Assembly: GCA_965285935.1 (NCBI GenBank)
Contig: OZ260667.1
Coordinates: 44,330,001 to 44,394,000 of the forward strand
From: Ophelia neglecta
Lineage: Eukaryota
DNA length: 64,000 bases
Reading direction: 5' to 3'
Under the pieces are notes generated by a model. That model saw only the letters and a list, made by a program, of their open reading frames with translations. It searched no databases and was not told the DNA's origin. Made by a program: the position numbers and the translations under genes. Positions 61,673 to 64,000 of the stretch are shown piece after piece; position 1 is the first letter of the stretch, and every line of letters begins with the position of its first letter.

Positions 61673-61816
61673 AATACTGAGATTATCAACACTGCCATTT
61701 TGACTGGAAAGATCCAGAACTTCTCTATGCGCGTTTACTCTGTGAGCCAAGCAGGCAAGATCGGGGACATCACTTCTCAAACCACATGTCATTCCGGAGA
61801 CGAGGAAGTATTAAAG
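61673..61816 (+). CDS. TMEM132: TMEM132-family exon 5
   Basis: NTEIINTAILTG...CHSGDEEVLK, a conserved TMEM132 Ig-like segment. Confidence 0.93.
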
Positions 61817-62217
61817 GTGAGGATACTGGTATTGAAAGATATGGGGGGGGGGGGGGGGGGGGGAAGGCCCCCATTAAAGGAAGGTACTTATATATTGATG
61901 ATCTGGATATACAGCTGGGTCAGGATGGCTCTATTAGGAAATTATCTATAGCTAACGTTACATGAATGTTTAGTTTATTTGATAAAGCATATAGTCACTC
62001 ACCATACAGTAGCTAGTCAGAAATATTTTCTGCTGCAATTTGTAGTGTTTGGGCATTTGATTTAAAATTACATGTACATGTAAATAGCAATTGTTGTGGC
62101 AATGTTAAAAAAAGGAGCTGAATAAAAATAGTGTTTATGTACATATGTAAATCTATAAAGTAATGTACTAAATCTTGGCAGATTTCTTAAATTTGGCTGT
62201 CAATATTGGTCTCTCAG

Positions 62218-62420
62218 GTTTCTCAGTCCTGTAACCTGGTGTACCTAGATGGGTCGGAGTCACGAGGTTCACCCAGCGTCAGCGTTATTGCCAAGTATGG
62301 CCGTCATACAAAGTTCCTGTTTTTTCGGGTGTGGACGCCCGAGATGCCCCTGGAGATTGAGATGTCAGACTCCAAGCTCAGCCAGATCAAAGGATGGAAA
62401 GCCCCCAAACATCTCCGCAG
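62218..62420 (+). CDS. TMEM132: TMEM132-family exon 6; gene continues beyond the window
   Basis: VSQSCNLVYLDGSESRG...VWTPEMPLEIEMSDSKLSQIKGWKAP, a conserved TMEM132 motif. Confidence 0.93.
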
Positions 62421-63177
62421 GTCAGTCAAAGATTAGTCAAAAAACTTTTAATCAAAAATTTCAATTGCTTAGAGCTTACCAGGAACAGAAAACTTAGTGC
62501 TTTTATTTAAAAAGTTATTTTCATTAGAAAATATGTTTCATCAAGGCCACTTTACAAAAGAAAATCTAAGCACTAGTCAGTTTGAAAACCATAACTTATG
62601 TTTAGGGTAAACTGGTAGAATAGTAGTTTTATCTCATTGGTTTGTTTGATCAGTGTGACTGGTGACGGGACTAGCTCTCCAAGGTTGTAGCTAACAGTTT
62701 ACAGCCTTGGGCCTCCTCTTTGCCCCCCAGCTGTCTCCATGGCTGAAGGCCCTCAAAGGATCAGACTGGTTAGCTTTTATCTTCGAGGGCACGTTTTTTA
62801 GTGGTAACTGTTTGCCGTAGGTCTATGCTAGATCACGTCATCTTGTGTTATGCATTTAACAACGTTGTCCTGGAGTAATATTGTACCCCGTAAAACAAGA
62901 GAGTAATCTGAAAGTTAAATCAGACAGCTGGCGAATTGTATGTCAGAGTGCTTCACTGGATCATGTCTAACCGTGTAAAACTATCTGAATATTGGGCTAT
63001 CCTTCTAGGCTAGTCAGAAGTATTACATGTCTATTAGGCTTTTTTGAAGCCGGAGTGAAAAAAACCCACAAAAAGTGGCTGTATGTCAATCAACCACATC
63101 CCCTCCTGATTGCCTACTACATGTAAGTTTTGTCAGCTCACAAATCTCAGCTGTGGTCTAAAAACTAATGTTCTGTT

Positions 63178-63491
63178 CTGGTCTGGGAGCTCTGGTAGGT
63201 CATAGAACTCAGCAGGGGCTGATCTAGGATTGACCCGACGTGGACTGGGAGCTCTAGTAGGTCCTAGAACTTACCAGGGGCTGATCTAGGATTGACCCCG
63301 GGCTGGTCTGGGAGCTCTGGCAGGCCAGGCCATAGAACTCAGCAGGGGCTGATCTAGGATTGACCCCGGGCTGGTCTGGGAGCTCTGGCAGGCCAGGCCA
63401 TAGAACTCAGCAGGGGCTGATCTAGGATTGACCCCAGTTTAATATAGGAGCTCTGGTAGGCCAGGCCATAGAACTCGGCAGGGGCTGATCT
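63178..63491. repeat. Tandem repeat, 62-69-bp unit, five copies, plus a degenerate copy near 63942-63990
   Basis: ggagctctgg.agg..catagaactcagcaggggctgatctaggattgaccc repeated, in a TMEM132 intron. Confidence 0.95.
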
Positions 63492-64000
63492 TAGATTTAC
63501 TCAGGTCAAGACCATGGTCCGGTGCGCAGACTCTATCATCACATTTTCATTGAAAACTTTTTCTTTTCCATTTATGATGTTATCATAGTAAAAACAAGAC
63601 AGATATGTGTGGGAGCTTCTAAAGTCAGTCTGCATTCTAAATGATTTAAAATAGTCCTAGGAAAATAATCTGAAATGAAAATCTCAAACAGTGCTACACA
63701 TAAAACAGGGGACAACTTTATCCCACCCACTGAACTATTTATATTACTCTTTCAGGTTAGTGCATGGTAGCAAAAAAATAACTGCATAAATAATGTCTGG
63801 CTGTATGTTGACCAACTAGAATTTGGCTTTCAGTGCAGAGACTGTGTAAATAGATGGAGTAGGCTCTAATGTTCATTGATACTAACTACCCAACCATTAT
63901 AACAGTAGAAATGGAGTGCTCAGCTACAAAACACCCAATGTCAGGGGCTGATCTAGGTCACACTGGTCTGCCTTGGAAGTTCCAGTAGGCCTTGTGAGCT

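Noticed and set aside
53800-63491. Tandem repeats as CRISPR arrays
   Set aside because: Head-to-tail units without unique spacers, eukaryotic intron context, no cas genes.

Overview
AT-rich, intron-rich animal genomic DNA, probably a marine invertebrate bilaterian (inference from gene content and repeats). No prokaryotic features, rRNA, tRNA or CRISPR arrays were found. Five genes are supported. (1) A RING/B-box/B-box/coiled-coil TRIM gene on the minus strand, with main exon 522-2300 and several candidate alternative 5' exons out to about 31.1 kb. (2) An ABHD15 orthologue with a single coding exon (+, 38171-39346). (3) A five-exon K2P (KCNK) potassium channel (-, 40109-44214). (4) TTC32 (-, 45017-46279). 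(5) The 5' part of a TMEM132-family gene (+, from 50117, continuing past the window). Repeats include two non-LTR retrotransposon 3' remnants, a TA-flanked TIR element with a nested MITE, a 94-bp inverted repeat pair and several minisatellites. The best candidate for a new mechanism is at the TRIM stop: the ORF ends in CUU-UAG-C, an RF2-like shifty stop, and the +1 frame stays open and protein-like for at least 174 more codons to the window edge, suggesting programmed +1 ribosomal frameshifting. Also notable: the K2P tail of about 630 aa carries nine copies of an amphipathic helix with AKAP-like spacing, K2P exon 1 has an apparent 1-bp deletion, and this ABHD15 retains a GxSxG serine.
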